From a virus (taxonomy: Duplodnaviria > Heunggongvirae > Uroviricota > Caudoviricetes), in the IMG/VR virus record IMGVR_UViG_3300043464_002177: a DNA stretch of 64,000 nt. The stretch is one strand, 5' to 3'. The notes beneath the pieces were generated by a model that was given only the letters and a program-made list of their open reading frames with translations, did no database searches and was not told the origin of the DNA. Made by a program: the position numbers and the translations under genes. This document shows, piece by piece, positions 1 to 8,838 of the stretch. The stretch's first letter is position 1. Each line of letters begins with the position of its first letter.

Positions 1-19
1 TATTAAGTAGTAACCAGCA

Positions 20-54
20 CCAGCAGTATCGCATCTGGTACTGCTGGTTGTTTT
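20..54 (+). terminator. Rho-independent terminator-like hairpin (CCAGCAGTA / TACTGCTGG, 10-nt loop) followed by TTGTTTT
   Basis: 9-bp perfect inverted repeat 20-28/39-47 followed by T-rich run 48-54; presumably ends a + strand gene upstream of the window. Confidence 0.4.
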
Positions 55-253
55 AAATTATTAACCTAATCAATTTTATTATGAAAGAGTTTGTAGGAAT
101 GTTCAAGGAATTATATTACGGCACAATAGATATGTGGAAAAATGACAGAAAGGAATTCTGGGACACTTATCTGGGGTTTGCTTTGGTGATCTTTGTTTTC
201 TGGTTTTCGTTCTGGGTTGTATTACCTATTGTTGAAAATTAAAATAAATCTAT

Positions 254-490
254 ATGAAATTATCTGGCAGATATGTTGAGGCTATCAAGGTAGCGAATGT
301 ACCAGAAGGTATGCGTGGCTTTATTGAATACACGGACTTAGCTGGTAAGTTGTATGTGAAGTGGAATAATGGGACAGAAGGTGTCATACAAGAACGGGGT
401 GAAACTTATAGAATTATTGAAGTAAGAAGTAAGCCAAAAAAATTATTTTGGAATTTAAAAAGAATAATCTTATTTTTGCTACGCAAATAA
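254..490 (+). CDS. hypothetical protein (early-array small ORF)
   Basis: Six-frame ORF, first of a tightly packed co-directional array; no motif recognised. Confidence 0.5.
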   Translation: MKLSGRYVEAIKVANVPEGMRGFIEYTDLAGKLYVKWNNGTEGVIQERGETYRIIEVRSKPKKLFWNLKRIILFLLRK

Positions 491-499
491 AAACTATAT
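485..499 (+). promoter_or_regulatory. AAATAAAA(A)CTAT upstream motif copy
   Basis: caaataaaaactatatctatATG 5 nt upstream of ATG 504. Confidence 0.45.
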
Positions 500-503
500 C
501 TAT

Positions 504-719
504 ATGAATTTAAAAAAGCACATTTGGGAGGGTTGGCTCGTTCAAGATTTTATTGATAATTTAGAGCCGTTGTTTGATAACATTATGCGTAACGATTCTT
601 GGCAGAAACCTTTCAAGGATAAAGCAGAATTAATGCAATGGTGCAAGGACAATCAGCCGTATTACAAAAAGCACATACCCGAAGTTTACAACTACTTTCT
701 AAATAAATCTAATCTTTAA
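504..719 (+). CDS. hypothetical protein
   Basis: ORF in array; motif upstream. Confidence 0.5.
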   Translation: MNLKKHIWEGWLVQDFIDNLEPLFDNIMRNDSWQKPFKDKAELMQWCKDNQPYYKKHIPEVYNYFLNKSNL

Positions 720-735
720 CTAAACCCTTTTTAAA

Positions 736-1161
736 ATGAAAGCAAACCCAATTTTCGAAGGTATCCGTGACTCATACATAAAGCACGGACTCGAAACCGA
801 AAGAGCAGTATTCAGTATGTTAATGACCAAAGCAGTCAAGAACAAAATTAACTTTGAGGAATTTAATCTTGGTGACATTGTTAAAACTATTCACCAAACA
901 AGTATGGGAAATTCTTGTGTTAATTTTGGTGATGGTGAATTGTTATTTCAAGACAATTATGAAGTGCATTCGGTTAGTGCAAGTAGAGATGAAGATGGTG
1001 ACCCCGAAGTGTTTATTCACATGCTTGATGTTAATACAATGGAAACTCATTCAGTTCGCATTTATCAGTTCCCACAAATTGATTGGCTATTGCAGATTGT
1101 GAAAGCCGTGAATGACAAATGTGAATTAACCTTTAATATTGATGAAGATGACGAAGATTAA
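736..1161 (+). CDS. hypothetical protein
   Basis: ORF in array; acidic C-terminus DEDDED. Confidence 0.5.
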   Translation: MKANPIFEGIRDSYIKHGLETERAVFSMLMTKAVKNKINFEEFNLGDIVKTIHQTSMGNSCVNFGDGELLFQDNYEVHSVSASRDEDGDPEVFIHMLDVNTMETHSVRIYQFPQIDWLLQIVKAVNDKCELTFNIDEDDED

Positions 1162-1474
1162 AATTTTATCAGCGAGTTCGCCCGAGGGGTTGAATAGCAA
1201 AGTTCAAGATATGATTGCTGAGGGTTGGGAGCCAATGGGTTCCCACTCAGCAGTTAACATTCATTCGCAAAATCGTTATTCGGGTACTCAGCACATGGAT
1301 ACAATCCATAAGACCGAGTATTCAATAACAATGAAACTGATCAGCCTTGATCCGAAGATCGAAACCGGAGTGTATTGGTATGAAGATGAGGAGACCGGCA
1401 GAAAAGTGTATGACGAGGAGGAGATGCGTGATGAATTCGAAAAGAAGTTATTGGAATTAATAAACAATTCTTAA
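1139..1474 (+). CDS. hypothetical protein
   Basis: ORF in array, 23-nt overlap with upstream ORF. Confidence 0.45.
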   Translation: MMKMTKIKILSASSPEGLNSKVQDMIAEGWEPMGSHSAVNIHSQNRYSGTQHMDTIHKTEYSITMKLISLDPKIETGVYWYEDEETGRKVYDEEEMRDEFEKKLLELINNS

Positions 1475-1476
1475 TT

Positions 1477-1490
1477 AAATAAAACTATTT
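1477..1490 (+). promoter_or_regulatory. AAATAAAACTATTT motif copy
   Basis: aaataaaactatttcaattATG; overlaps stop of previous ORF, 5 nt before ATG 1496. Confidence 0.5.
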
Positions 1491-1495
1491 CAATT

Positions 1496-1771
1496 ATGAT
1501 AGATTTAGAATTAATCTTGCAGAGAGCCGAAGAAGAAAACTCAATTATCATTCATGGATTTGATGGTAGGGTTGATGGCTATAATGATGCTATTGTAGGT
1601 ATTACAAGAGATGGTCAATTAGTATATTCAATAGAAAAACTAATTGAACTTTGCGCCGAGCAAGGCGAGATGGAAGAAATTGATGCGATCGAATGGTTAG
1701 AGTTCAATACATTCGGTGCATACCTTGGTGAGAAGACACCAATTTACATTTACACAAACACTGGTTATTAA
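1496..1771 (+). CDS. hypothetical protein
   Basis: ORF in array. Confidence 0.5.
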   Translation: MIDLELILQRAEEENSIIIHGFDGRVDGYNDAIVGITRDGQLVYSIEKLIELCAEQGEMEEIDAIEWLEFNTFGAYLGEKTPIYIYTNTGY

Positions 1772-1783
1772 ATTCAAATTATT

Positions 1784-1996
1784 ATGGAAAAAAGATTCAC
1801 ATTAGAGTATAGCGAAGAACAAGGAGCGTTTCACATGAATGATGGGACACATTCCAAAAACACGAATGGTTATAGAACTATTCTGGATAATATCACGATC
1901 GAAGAATATAAAAGATTTACAGATCGGATAAGAAACAAAAAGATCACCTTTGCTTATCTGTTTAGAGAAGCTGAAAAATTCAATCTTGGAAAATAA
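1784..1996 (+). CDS. hypothetical protein
   Basis: ORF in array. Confidence 0.5.
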   Translation: MEKRFTLEYSEEQGAFHMNDGTHSKNTNGYRTILDNITIEEYKRFTDRIRNKKITFAYLFREAEKFNLGK

Positions 1997-2007
1997 AATA
2001 AAACTAT
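1996..2007 (+). promoter_or_regulatory. AAATAAAACTAT motif copy abutting ATG
   Basis: aaataaaataaaactatATG at 2008. Confidence 0.5.
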
Positions 2008-2352
2008 ATGAAAAGTTTAAAAGAAATAGCCGATCAATTAAAGATCGAAATTAAGCAAAAGAAAACAGATCTGGCACTCATTGAATGCGACCAGATCATA
2101 AATGATCTTAAAGTAGAAGATCTGGTATCTTGGATTAATGTACACCCAGTAACAAAGTATCATTATCTAAGTGTTACACCCAAAGTCCGATACCGCACAG
2201 ATGGGAAAAAGATCATGTCGAAGTGCCTGGGGAATGTGGAGAAGCTGGACGATAGGACGATCCTGGCGAAGAAGCGAGAAGCAATTATATTTTTTAAAAA
2301 TAAATGGGCGGAAATGAGAAATGATTTTGAGATATTAAAAAATAATTCTTAA
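2008..2352 (+). CDS. hypothetical protein
   Basis: ORF in array. Confidence 0.5.
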   Translation: MKSLKEIADQLKIEIKQKKTDLALIECDQIINDLKVEDLVSWINVHPVTKYHYLSVTPKVRYRTDGKKIMSKCLGNVEKLDDRTILAKKREAIIFFKNKWAEMRNDFEILKNNS

Positions 2353-2417
2353 TTTTGCGGACAGAATTTCACTTTACAGATTATTAACATTTTATTTTAC
2401 ATTTTAAATTTTAAATT

Positions 2418-2780
2418 ATGGCTACGATTATTAAATTAACTTACACCCAGACGGGTAAAGCAACATTGGTTAACATTGACCAGATGACAAGTGCATTTAG
2501 AATTTTTGAAAGAGGCACACGCAAGTATGCCACCAGAATTAATTTAGGTGGTGAACAATATGTGGTGGTAGATGAGGAACTACAAGAAATCCAGAAGTTA
2601 GCCCAGCAAGATTCTACGGGTGAATTTCAATCAACAGATTGGGTTCAAGTTGATGCTGGAATACCAGAGGGTGATGACTTTGTAGATAGGCTGGAACAAG
2701 ATTACCAGCGTAATACCTATCGCCCACAACAACAGAGGAATTACCAGCCTCGCAATCACCACTATAATAATAGATATTAG
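2418..2780 (+). CDS. hypothetical protein with Q/N/R-rich C-terminus
   Basis: ORF in array; C-terminal QQQRNYQPRNHHYNNRY low-complexity tail. Confidence 0.5.
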   Translation: MATIIKLTYTQTGKATLVNIDQMTSAFRIFERGTRKYATRINLGGEQYVVVDEELQEIQKLAQQDSTGEFQSTDWVQVDAGIPEGDDFVDRLEQDYQRNTYRPQQQRNYQPRNHHYNNRY

Positions 2781-2810
2781 TTTTTGGTTAGTTTCCATAG
2801 GTGGTAAGTA

Positions 2811-2852
2811 TGAGTACGGGCTTCCCCCAGCCCGACTCTGCTTATTTTTTTG
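2811..2852 (+). terminator. Rho-independent terminator
   Basis: GAGTACGGGCT/AGCCCG-ACTC 10-bp stem (1-nt bulge), loop TCCCCC, then T7 run; 30 nt after stop of ORF 2418..2780. Confidence 0.5.
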
Positions 2853-2887
2853 TTCAGCCTTTATGGAAAAAGATTAAACAAAAACAC

Positions 2888-2914
2888 TTGTTTGTAAAAA
2901 ATTTTGTATATTTG
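2888..2914 (+). promoter_or_regulatory. Host-type Bacteroidetes sigma promoter (-33 TTG / -7 TATATTTG)
   Basis: TATATTTG matches TAnnTTTG -7 consensus at 2907-2914; upstream TTG at 2888-2890; precedes ATG 2949. Confidence 0.4.
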
Positions 2915-2948
2915 CAGACTTTTTAGTACAAACAAAAACATAAAAAGA

Positions 2949-3281
2949 ATGAAAAAACAAATCGAAGACAAAAATCTGATAGACATTAAAAGGTCTATTG
3001 GAAGTTTGCGAAAGTTGTTGGCTGATGATCCGAAGCGTATGACACATAAGATTAGGTTTAAGCGTTACGGTGCGAAATATATTATCAGCAACAATGACAA
3101 CGACCTATCTACTAAATTAGAAAAGTCGTTCAATTCATTTATGGGTAAGTTGAATATCCAGAGTAATGATAAAAAAGTTAAGGGTATTTGCTTTCTGGAT
3201 AAAAAATCTGACAACTTTAATATAGGTTATCAGAGAGACGGGGAAAGCGTATTACACCAGATTAAAGGTAAGTTGGGTTAG
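2949..3281 (+). CDS. hypothetical protein (start moved to internal ATG downstream of promoter)
   Basis: Track ORF 2904..3281; -7 box lies inside its first 15 codons so ATG at 2949 (MKKQIEDK) preferred. Confidence 0.5.
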   Translation: MKKQIEDKNLIDIKRSIGSLRKLLADDPKRMTHKIRFKRYGAKYIISNNDNDLSTKLEKSFNSFMGKLNIQSNDKKVKGICFLDKKSDNFNIGYQRDGESVLHQIKGKLG

Positions 3282-3301
3282 TAAAGGGTTAGTTGTTCCT
3301 T

Positions 3302-3340
3302 GAAGACGGGTTTGTCATTTCCCGTCTTCTTTTTTTTTTT
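3302..3340 (+). terminator. Rho-independent terminator
   Basis: GAAGACGGG / CCCGTCTTC 9-bp stem, 10-nt loop, followed by T11; 20 nt after stop of ORF ending 3281. Confidence 0.7.
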
Positions 3341-3359
3341 AAATTATTACAAAAAAAAT

Positions 3360-3390
3360 TTTGTGGTTTGGATATAGTTTTATATTTTTG
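3360..3390 (+). promoter_or_regulatory. Host-type Bacteroidetes promoter (-33 TTTG 3360-3363, -7 TATTTTTG 3383-3390)
   Basis: TTTG ... 19 nt ... TAnnTTTG; preceded by ttattacaaaaaaaattttgt block shared with promoters at 6459 and 6959. Confidence 0.5.
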
Positions 3391-3425
3391 CTAACGATTT
3401 CATTATTCACCTAAATTCATTCAAA

Positions 3426-3686
3426 ATGAAAAAGAAACAAAAACACACTCTGTTGAAGGGCGAAGGCACTAATCAACACACATTGTATGGCGAATTTGCT
3501 ATTGAGGAAGTAGTAGATTTTCCGAAGGTTCAAGTAACGAAGGATAGCCTTCTTAAACACGAACAACCAGATGGTTCATTCAGTAACGAACACAAAGCGT
3601 TGCAGATTGATAAGGGGTTGTGGTCTATGGGTAAGCAAGTTGAGTACAACCCATTTGATAAAAGAGTTACTCAAATCTGGGATTAA
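3426..3686 (+). CDS. hypothetical protein
   Basis: ORF downstream of host-type promoter. Confidence 0.5.
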   Translation: MKKKQKHTLLKGEGTNQHTLYGEFAIEEVVDFPKVQVTKDSLLKHEQPDGSFSNEHKALQIDKGLWSMGKQVEYNPFDKRVTQIWD

Positions 3687-3717
3687 TTTTATTTAAAACT
3701 AATTTAATTTATTTACT

Positions 3718-4122
3718 ATGGCTAATCCTTTAATCCATTCAAAATCCAGCGTGAAGCGTTGGGGTGGTAATGTGGAAGATTATCTTCCAATCCACGAACT
3801 GATTGATAGTCCGAAGGCAGTAATGAATAACAACTCTGCCAGAGCATTAACACATCATACTTGGTTTGCTTATACTATCATTCCAAAAATCTTCGGTTAC
3901 AATATCACCAATAGTGATGGTAAGAGTGTTGATACTATTGATATTGCTATGTTGCATATTGCAGAAGATTTCAGAATGAAGTTTGTGCCAACAGCACAAG
4001 ATTACTTACAGCACATTCAAGTCCAAGCGTGGTTCAATAATGGCGTGAAGGAATTAGATAGTCAAGAAGGAAAAGAAATTGCTCAAAACTTAATTAAAAA
4101 ATTACAATATGAAAACAACTGA
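3718..4122 (+). CDS. hypothetical protein
   Basis: ORF in array. Confidence 0.5.
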   Translation: MANPLIHSKSSVKRWGGNVEDYLPIHELIDSPKAVMNNNSARALTHHTWFAYTIIPKIFGYNITNSDGKSVDTIDIAMLHIAEDFRMKFVPTAQDYLQHIQVQAWFNNGVKELDSQEGKEIAQNLIKKLQYENN

Positions 4123-4795
4123 ATTAACAGACTTGCAACAAATAATTGCACTCTGGAAAGAGAAGGGCATCACAGAATGTTCAATGGAATTTAATTGTGG
4201 TGGCGACCAGATGAATGATTACACCTTCACATTCTATACGAAGGAAGGTGAGATTAAGTGTGATGAACTTGAAAGTTACTTTGAGAACGAAGTGTATAAT
4301 CAAGTTGAGTTCTATGTTAATAGTGATGGTCATTATATGGGAGAGGCTGGATATGTTTATATCAGACTTGATGAAGATGATGAAGATAATGTGGATTTCA
4401 CTTACACAAAAGATGCTGAAAGTGAATGGAATGAAACCTTTTCAGAAGTCGCTTATTTCCCTTTAACAGATGACTATAAGAAGTTCATTCAAGATAAGGT
4501 TCAGAGTATTGTAGGTGGTGAAGATGGTGAAGCAATTAACTACAAAGGTGATTGCATCTTGACTGATGAAGAAGAAGCAATCGCAGATAACCTTCAAAGT
4601 GATTTGAGAGATTTTGCTTGTGATGTAGAAATATCTGATGCAGAAGGGGAAGCAGGTGATTGGTTTAGATTTAGTACCAATAATCCAGAAGATGATGATG
4701 CAGATGATGATACTATGGGGGTTACAATCACAGATGATGGGTTGAAGGTTAGCGTTGAAAAAACCTATTATGTTTACAAACCAAGCGAAGATTAA
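4109..4795 (+). CDS. hypothetical highly acidic protein
   Basis: ORF in array; D/E-rich throughout (DEDDEDN, EDDDADDD). Confidence 0.5.
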   Translation: MKTTELTDLQQIIALWKEKGITECSMEFNCGGDQMNDYTFTFYTKEGEIKCDELESYFENEVYNQVEFYVNSDGHYMGEAGYVYIRLDEDDEDNVDFTYTKDAESEWNETFSEVAYFPLTDDYKKFIQDKVQSIVGGEDGEAINYKGDCILTDEEEAIADNLQSDLRDFACDVEISDAEGEAGDWFRFSTNNPEDDDADDDTMGVTITDDGLKVSVEKTYYVYKPSED

Positions 4796-4818
4796 AAAAC
4801 ATTTAAAACTAATTCATT

Positions 4819-5499
4819 ATGAAGATTATCATTAACAATGTAGCGTTTGACTACAATATCGGTTGCAGACTTTTAAAGTCAAAGTATAAGAACGAACCAT
4901 TCGGAAATCTTGATGACATCTGGGAACATATTGTTCCTATGACATTCAAAGAAATCGCCACAGAGATTAAGAATTTAGAGCAGAGAAGAATAGCGATTGG
5001 TTGTCTGGGATTAGACCAGATAGTTAAAGAAGTTAATCCAACTCTGATGAGGTCTGAAACATTGAAGAAGCAGACCACTTGGGTTACACCAGAAGGTGAA
5101 TTGGAAACAAAGCAATTCAATGATACCTACGAACTATGGAAGGTTGAAGGTAATGCTTGGAGTGAAGGTACAGATGCCAGATGGGGTGCAGATGATGTCT
5201 TTTATATTAGATGTAAGGACACATCTACCGACAGAGAGTATCTTATCTGGGTTGATGCAGTAGATGTCGCCAGAACCAATAATAAAGATGGTTGGTTCAG
5301 TTCTGACAAGAGTAAGCACATCACACCAATTCAAGCGATTGCTTGGACAATCCAGACAGATATTGAGAAGGGTGGAATTGATAAGATTGTTAGACAGGGT
5401 GATTGCATCTTAATCAAGATGAAGAAAGATGCCACCAAAGGTAGAGTTAGACATCTGACAGAAGATGAATATAAAACTTTGTTGGTTGCAGAGAGTTAG
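4819..5499 (+). CDS. hypothetical protein
   Basis: ORF in array. Confidence 0.5.
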   Translation: MKIIINNVAFDYNIGCRLLKSKYKNEPFGNLDDIWEHIVPMTFKEIATEIKNLEQRRIAIGCLGLDQIVKEVNPTLMRSETLKKQTTWVTPEGELETKQFNDTYELWKVEGNAWSEGTDARWGADDVFYIRCKDTSTDREYLIWVDAVDVARTNNKDGWFSSDKSKHITPIQAIAWTIQTDIEKGGIDKIVRQGDCILIKMKKDATKGRVRHLTEDEYKTLLVAES

Positions 5500-5515
5500 T
5501 GCTGATTTGTTGAAT

Positions 5516-5547
5516 ACCCCCAGCAGAAATGTTGGGGGTTATTTTCT
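5516..5547 (+). terminator. Rho-independent terminator
   Basis: ACCCCCA / TGGGGGT stem with 10-nt loop followed by TATTTTCT; 17 nt after stop at 5499. Confidence 0.55.
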
Positions 5548-5566
5548 CACCTTTTAATTTTTTAAA

Positions 5567-5767
5567 ATGAAAGAAACTACTTTTTACATAGTTCAGTATA
5601 ATGACTGCTATGGTAATGGCGACCAGAAATCAAATGAAGTTCTGGTTAAAGATGAAGCAACCTTCTGGCGCTGGTTAAAGAAGCGTAATAAAGAAAGAAT
5701 CGCAGAAGGTGAGATGGAAGAACAAGTAGAAGAATTTGATTTAATCCCTATAACTTTATTTAAATGA
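5567..5767 (+). CDS. hypothetical protein
   Basis: ORF in array. Confidence 0.5.
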   Translation: MKETTFYIVQYNDCYGNGDQKSNEVLVKDEATFWRWLKKRNKERIAEGEMEEQVEEFDLIPITLFK

Positions 5768-6081
5768 GAAGAAACGCAAAGCGTGTCGCTGATCTATCCG
5801 ATCAGCTGGTCAGCGAGATCAACCAGGTGATAAGCACCAGATCAATCCAGGAAGTAGAATTCAATCGTCCGTTTACAATCCAGCTGGACGTTCAATCCAC
5901 CACAGGTGATTACTGGGACATAGAAGAAGGTTTATGTCGCAGGCTTACTGGTGAAGGTATTACAATCGTTCAATCCGATATTACAGGAGATGAGCAGGAG
6001 ATTAAACTGGAAGAACTTAGAGTTGTAGAACTTGCATTTATTCTGGACGAACTGGAAGAAGGGAATTACAAACCATTTTAA
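5764..6081 (+). CDS. hypothetical protein
   Basis: ORF in array; ATGA start/stop overlap with upstream ORF. Confidence 0.5.
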   Translation: MRRNAKRVADLSDQLVSEINQVISTRSIQEVEFNRPFTIQLDVQSTTGDYWDIEEGLCRRLTGEGITIVQSDITGDEQEIKLEELRVVELAFILDELEEGNYKPF

Positions 6082-6091
6082 ATAAAACTAT
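6080..6091 (+). promoter_or_regulatory. AAATAAAACTAT motif copy abutting ATG
   Basis: ttttaaataaaactatATG at 6092. Confidence 0.5.
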
Positions 6092-6352
6092 ATGGAAAAA
6101 TTCGAAAGAGATTCTAAGATTGCCAACTTCAATGAGAAGTTAAAAGCCATTCTAATTGAACTGGCAGTTAATGATGAGTTACCACTTGATATGACTACAC
6201 TGGACGCCAGTGTTTTTGATCCCTGTACTACACCAGTGATCGATACCCTGATCACATTACAGGAAGACGCTGAGTGGGCTCTTAATGGTAACTGGGACAG
6301 AAGCGATTCAGGTTTCGAAGCTCAGATTCAATTAATCAATAGTGTCTTATAG
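6092..6352 (+). CDS. hypothetical protein
   Basis: ORF in array. Confidence 0.5.
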   Translation: MEKFERDSKIANFNEKLKAILIELAVNDELPLDMTTLDASVFDPCTTPVIDTLITLQEDAEWALNGNWDRSDSGFEAQIQLINSVL

Positions 6353-6458
6353 TAAAAAAATTTAAGGAGCTTCGGACTGCTATGTATACGCAAGCTTTAA
6401 ACGTCACCAATCGAGCAGGGAATAGTGGTACCTTAATTTTTTATTACAGAAAAAATGT

Positions 6459-6488
6459 TTTGTATTTTAAATAACTTTATTACATTTG
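6459..6488 (+). promoter_or_regulatory. Host-type Bacteroidetes promoter (-33 TTTG 6459-6462; -7 TACATTTG 6481-6488)
   Basis: Perfect TAnnTTTG, 18-nt spacing; lies in a ~50-nt block (6441-6490) duplicated exactly 500 bp downstream. Confidence 0.55.
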
Positions 6489-6503
6489 TAAAAAAAACAC
6501 ACT

Positions 6504-6683
6504 ATGGTAAAAGTTTATTTTGAATTGGACAATGGCAAGTATGCCGAACTGGTCGCGATCTTTGATGATGAAGAGACGTATGACGTGTGCCTTCCCGCAC
6601 TGGAGAAGTTGTGTAAGAAACACAATTTTGATTTAGTAACAGAATCAGTAGATGAAGAAACAGAACTAAAAGAACTCGTATGA
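6504..6683 (+). CDS. hypothetical 59-aa protein (not in supplied track)
   Basis: ATG 6504 16 nt downstream of -7 box; translates MVKVYFELDNGKYAELVAIFDDEETYDVCLPALEKLCKKHNFDLVTESVDEETELKELV; stop TGA overlaps next ATG (gtATGAcg). Confidence 0.45.
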   Translation: MVKVYFELDNGKYAELVAIFDDEETYDVCLPALEKLCKKHNFDLVTESVDEETELKELV

Positions 6684-6940
6684 CGAAGACAGAATTTTAT
6701 CAGAAATATGGAGCGTATCTAGAAGCGGTTGCTGAGGATAATGCTGAGTATGGCGATCATTTGATTCTTCACCCAGAAGAAATTGATCTTGCTAGGAAGT
6801 ACCAGAAGGAAGGATTAAGTATTGTTTCTGTTCATGAGACGGAAGACGGCGAAGACTTCGTTGATATTTCGCAGCCATGTGATTTTGGTACGCAGCCATT
6901 TAAGTACGGGTATTACGCCGTAAACGTGGCGATTCATTAA
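6680..6940 (+). CDS. hypothetical protein
   Basis: ORF; ATGA overlap with upstream micro-gene suggests translational coupling; start embedded in CGTATGAC octamer. Confidence 0.5.
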   Translation: MTKTEFYQKYGAYLEAVAEDNAEYGDHLILHPEEIDLARKYQKEGLSIVSVHETEDGEDFVDISQPCDFGTQPFKYGYYAVNVAIH

Positions 6941-6958
6941 TTGTTACAAAAAAATATT

Positions 6959-6988
6959 TTTGTATTTTAAATAATTTTATTACTTTTG
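6959..6988 (+). promoter_or_regulatory. Host-type Bacteroidetes promoter (-33 TTTG 6959-6962; -7 TACTTTTG 6981-6988), duplicate of 6459-6488
   Basis: Same block as at 6441-6490, exactly 500 bp offset. Confidence 0.55.
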
Positions 6989-7009
6989 CTAAAACTTAAT
7001 AACGATCGT

Positions 7010-7816
7010 ATGACACAGTATCTTTCACAGTACAAAAACAAAGCCCAGGCTAAACGCGAAACTAGCTTGAGCTACCTAGGCGGAATTAACACCAGCTCAA
7101 AGATTGCAAAGGGGCTCAAGTATGACGAGATGACCTACATCCTGTACCTGGCACCTGCAGATCGCAGCGGCTATGAAGTTTGCCCAATGCGCAGCAAAGA
7201 ATGCACAGCAGCCTGCTTACATGAGAGCGGCCATAACAGGATTGACATCCATGAAAATGTTATCAATAAGGCCCGTATTACGAAGACGAAGTTATTCTTT
7301 GAGAATCGTCCTTTCTTCATGGGCTGGCTAGTGGATGAGATACGCAGCGCGCAGAGCAAAGCAATTGCTGCAGGCAAAAGCTTCAGCGTTCGTCTGAACG
7401 GTACTAGTGACCTAAGCCCTGAACAGTTTCACCTGGATGGGAAAAACATCCTGGAGATCTTTCCTGAAGTACAGTTCTATGATTATACCAAAGTATATAA
7501 CCGTACCAAGTTAACAAAGAAGTACAGCAACTATGACCTAACGTTTTCCTACAGTGGGACGAACGCTGTACAGTGCCAGGATGCATTGCTTCAGGATATC
7601 AGGGTCGCCGTAGTATTCGAAAAAGTTCCTGAACAGTTTTGGGGTAGACTAGTAATCGATGGAGATGCATACGATATGCGTTATCAGGACCAGGGCGGCG
7701 TGATCGTGGGCCTTAAGTATAAGAAGGTCCGCAATAAGCTTGAGCTCACTAAAAGCAAGTTCGTTATATCAGAAGAGAAACTTTTAAATAAATCTATTTC
7801 AAATGGAATATATTAA
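7010..7816 (+). CDS. hypothetical protein (269 aa)
   Basis: Track ORF 6986..7816 starts at TTG inside the -7 box; ATG at 7010 (MTQYLSQYK) inside CGTATGACACAG preferred. Confidence 0.5.
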   Translation: MTQYLSQYKNKAQAKRETSLSYLGGINTSSKIAKGLKYDEMTYILYLAPADRSGYEVCPMRSKECTAACLHESGHNRIDIHENVINKARITKTKLFFENRPFFMGWLVDEIRSAQSKAIAAGKSFSVRLNGTSDLSPEQFHLDGKNILEIFPEVQFYDYTKVYNRTKLTKKYSNYDLTFSYSGTNAVQCQDALLQDIRVAVVFEKVPEQFWGRLVIDGDAYDMRYQDQGGVIVGLKYKKVRNKLELTKSKFVISEEKLLNKSISNGIY

Positions 7817-8165
7817 ATATATCAACGACCTCAGGAATGAGCTACACAGAAAAATTGTATACCAGTCGATCTTAGCTCACCATCCAGGATCAGAATACGT
7901 CCTGGATCTTAACGAACCAGTCCAGGCGTTCTACACAGTGGCATCCAGGGAAACTGGTGAACCTAACGCAACCCAGGTTACAGTAACCGGGATTGATGGC
8001 TCAACCGGCGAGCTCATTGCAGCCACAGCGACCGGCATACGTAAGAAGTTATATTATAACGATCTTACTCTAGAACAGCTAGCCAGGTTATTACTTCACC
8101 TGGAAGCTAAATTATTCACAGTAACAGAATTTAAAAATGATAGAAACCTTATCACAGTTGGTTAG
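7803..8165 (+). CDS. hypothetical protein
   Basis: ORF in array. Confidence 0.5.
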   Translation: MEYIKYINDLRNELHRKIVYQSILAHHPGSEYVLDLNEPVQAFYTVASRETGEPNATQVTVTGIDGSTGELIAATATGIRKKLYYNDLTLEQLARLLLHLEAKLFTVTEFKNDRNLITVG

Positions 8166-8526
8166 AAAACCTAGCAAAGCTAGTGACCACGACCTTGAGC
8201 TTATTGGATGGAAAGAAAAACAAGCTAGAGTACTCAAGCACATGCAGCGAGATGAGAAGCTTATTCAGCTGCTAGAAGAATTCAAAGCCGTTAATGATCG
8301 TCTTAAGTTCTTTAGATCAAAGAACGACGTCAAAGTATACTTCTCGACTCAGGAGAAGGGCGGCGAAGAATATCTATACGCCCGCTGCTTCTTTAATATT
8401 GACGGGAAGCCCCGCGAGTTTAAGAAGTACCTGGGAATAGCGGATCAGGTGAATCCTGATCACCTGGACATGGGTGAGTTAAAAGAAATATTTTTAAGAA
8501 TGTTAAAAAATTATTTGGCATATTAA
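8137..8526 (+). CDS. hypothetical protein
   Basis: ORF in array. Confidence 0.45.
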   Translation: MIETLSQLVRKPSKASDHDLELIGWKEKQARVLKHMQRDEKLIQLLEEFKAVNDRLKFFRSKNDVKVYFSTQEKGGEEYLYARCFFNIDGKPREFKKYLGIADQVNPDHLDMGELKEIFLRMLKNYLAY

Positions 8527-8579
8527 AAATAAAATATAACTTGCCGGTGTATTACGAAAAAAGAGAAAACAACCAGTTC

Positions 8580-8594
8580 AAATAAAACTATTTT
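8580..8594 (+). promoter_or_regulatory. AAATAAAACTATTTT motif copy
   Basis: ttcaaataaaactattttaaatcATG at 8600. Confidence 0.5.
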
Positions 8595-8599
8595 AAATC

Positions 8600-8818
8600 A
8601 TGGAAGCATACAAGATTAAAGCGAATGAGGATTTTTGTGACCACCTGTTGCGTGTGATCAAAGATAACGGAACATGGGGATGGCCCGATCAACAGGTGAT
8701 CTTCGTAATACGCGGCGGGAAGATCCTAGGAGAAGCTGCGGCACTGGAAAAGGCTAAGACAATAGTTAGCCCTGAGTACTTCAAAAAAAATTTTGGAATA
8801 TTAAAAGAGAATTCTTAA
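8600..8818 (+). CDS. hypothetical protein
   Basis: ORF in array. Confidence 0.5.
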   Translation: MEAYKIKANEDFCDHLLRVIKDNGTWGWPDQQVIFVIRGGKILGEAAALEKAKTIVSPEYFKKNFGILKENS

Positions 8819-8838
8819 TTTTACAAAAAATAACAACT

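Noticed and set aside
2904-2948. Track start of ORF 2904..3281 (MYICRLFSTNKNIKR...)
   Set aside because: Overlaps the predicted -7 box TATATTTG; internal ATG 2949 preferred
6360-6440. GC-richer intergenic patch (ggagcttcggactgct...) as possible tRNA/ncRNA
   Set aside because: Could not build acceptor or T-arm pairing on either strand; only a weak AGCTT/AAGCT stem; more likely promoter-proximal spacer for the 6459-6488 promoter
6986-7009. Track start of ORF 6986..7816 (MLKLNNDR...)
   Set aside because: Initiation codon there is TTG and lies inside the -7 promoter box; ATG at 7010 embedded in CGTATGACACAG is the plausible start
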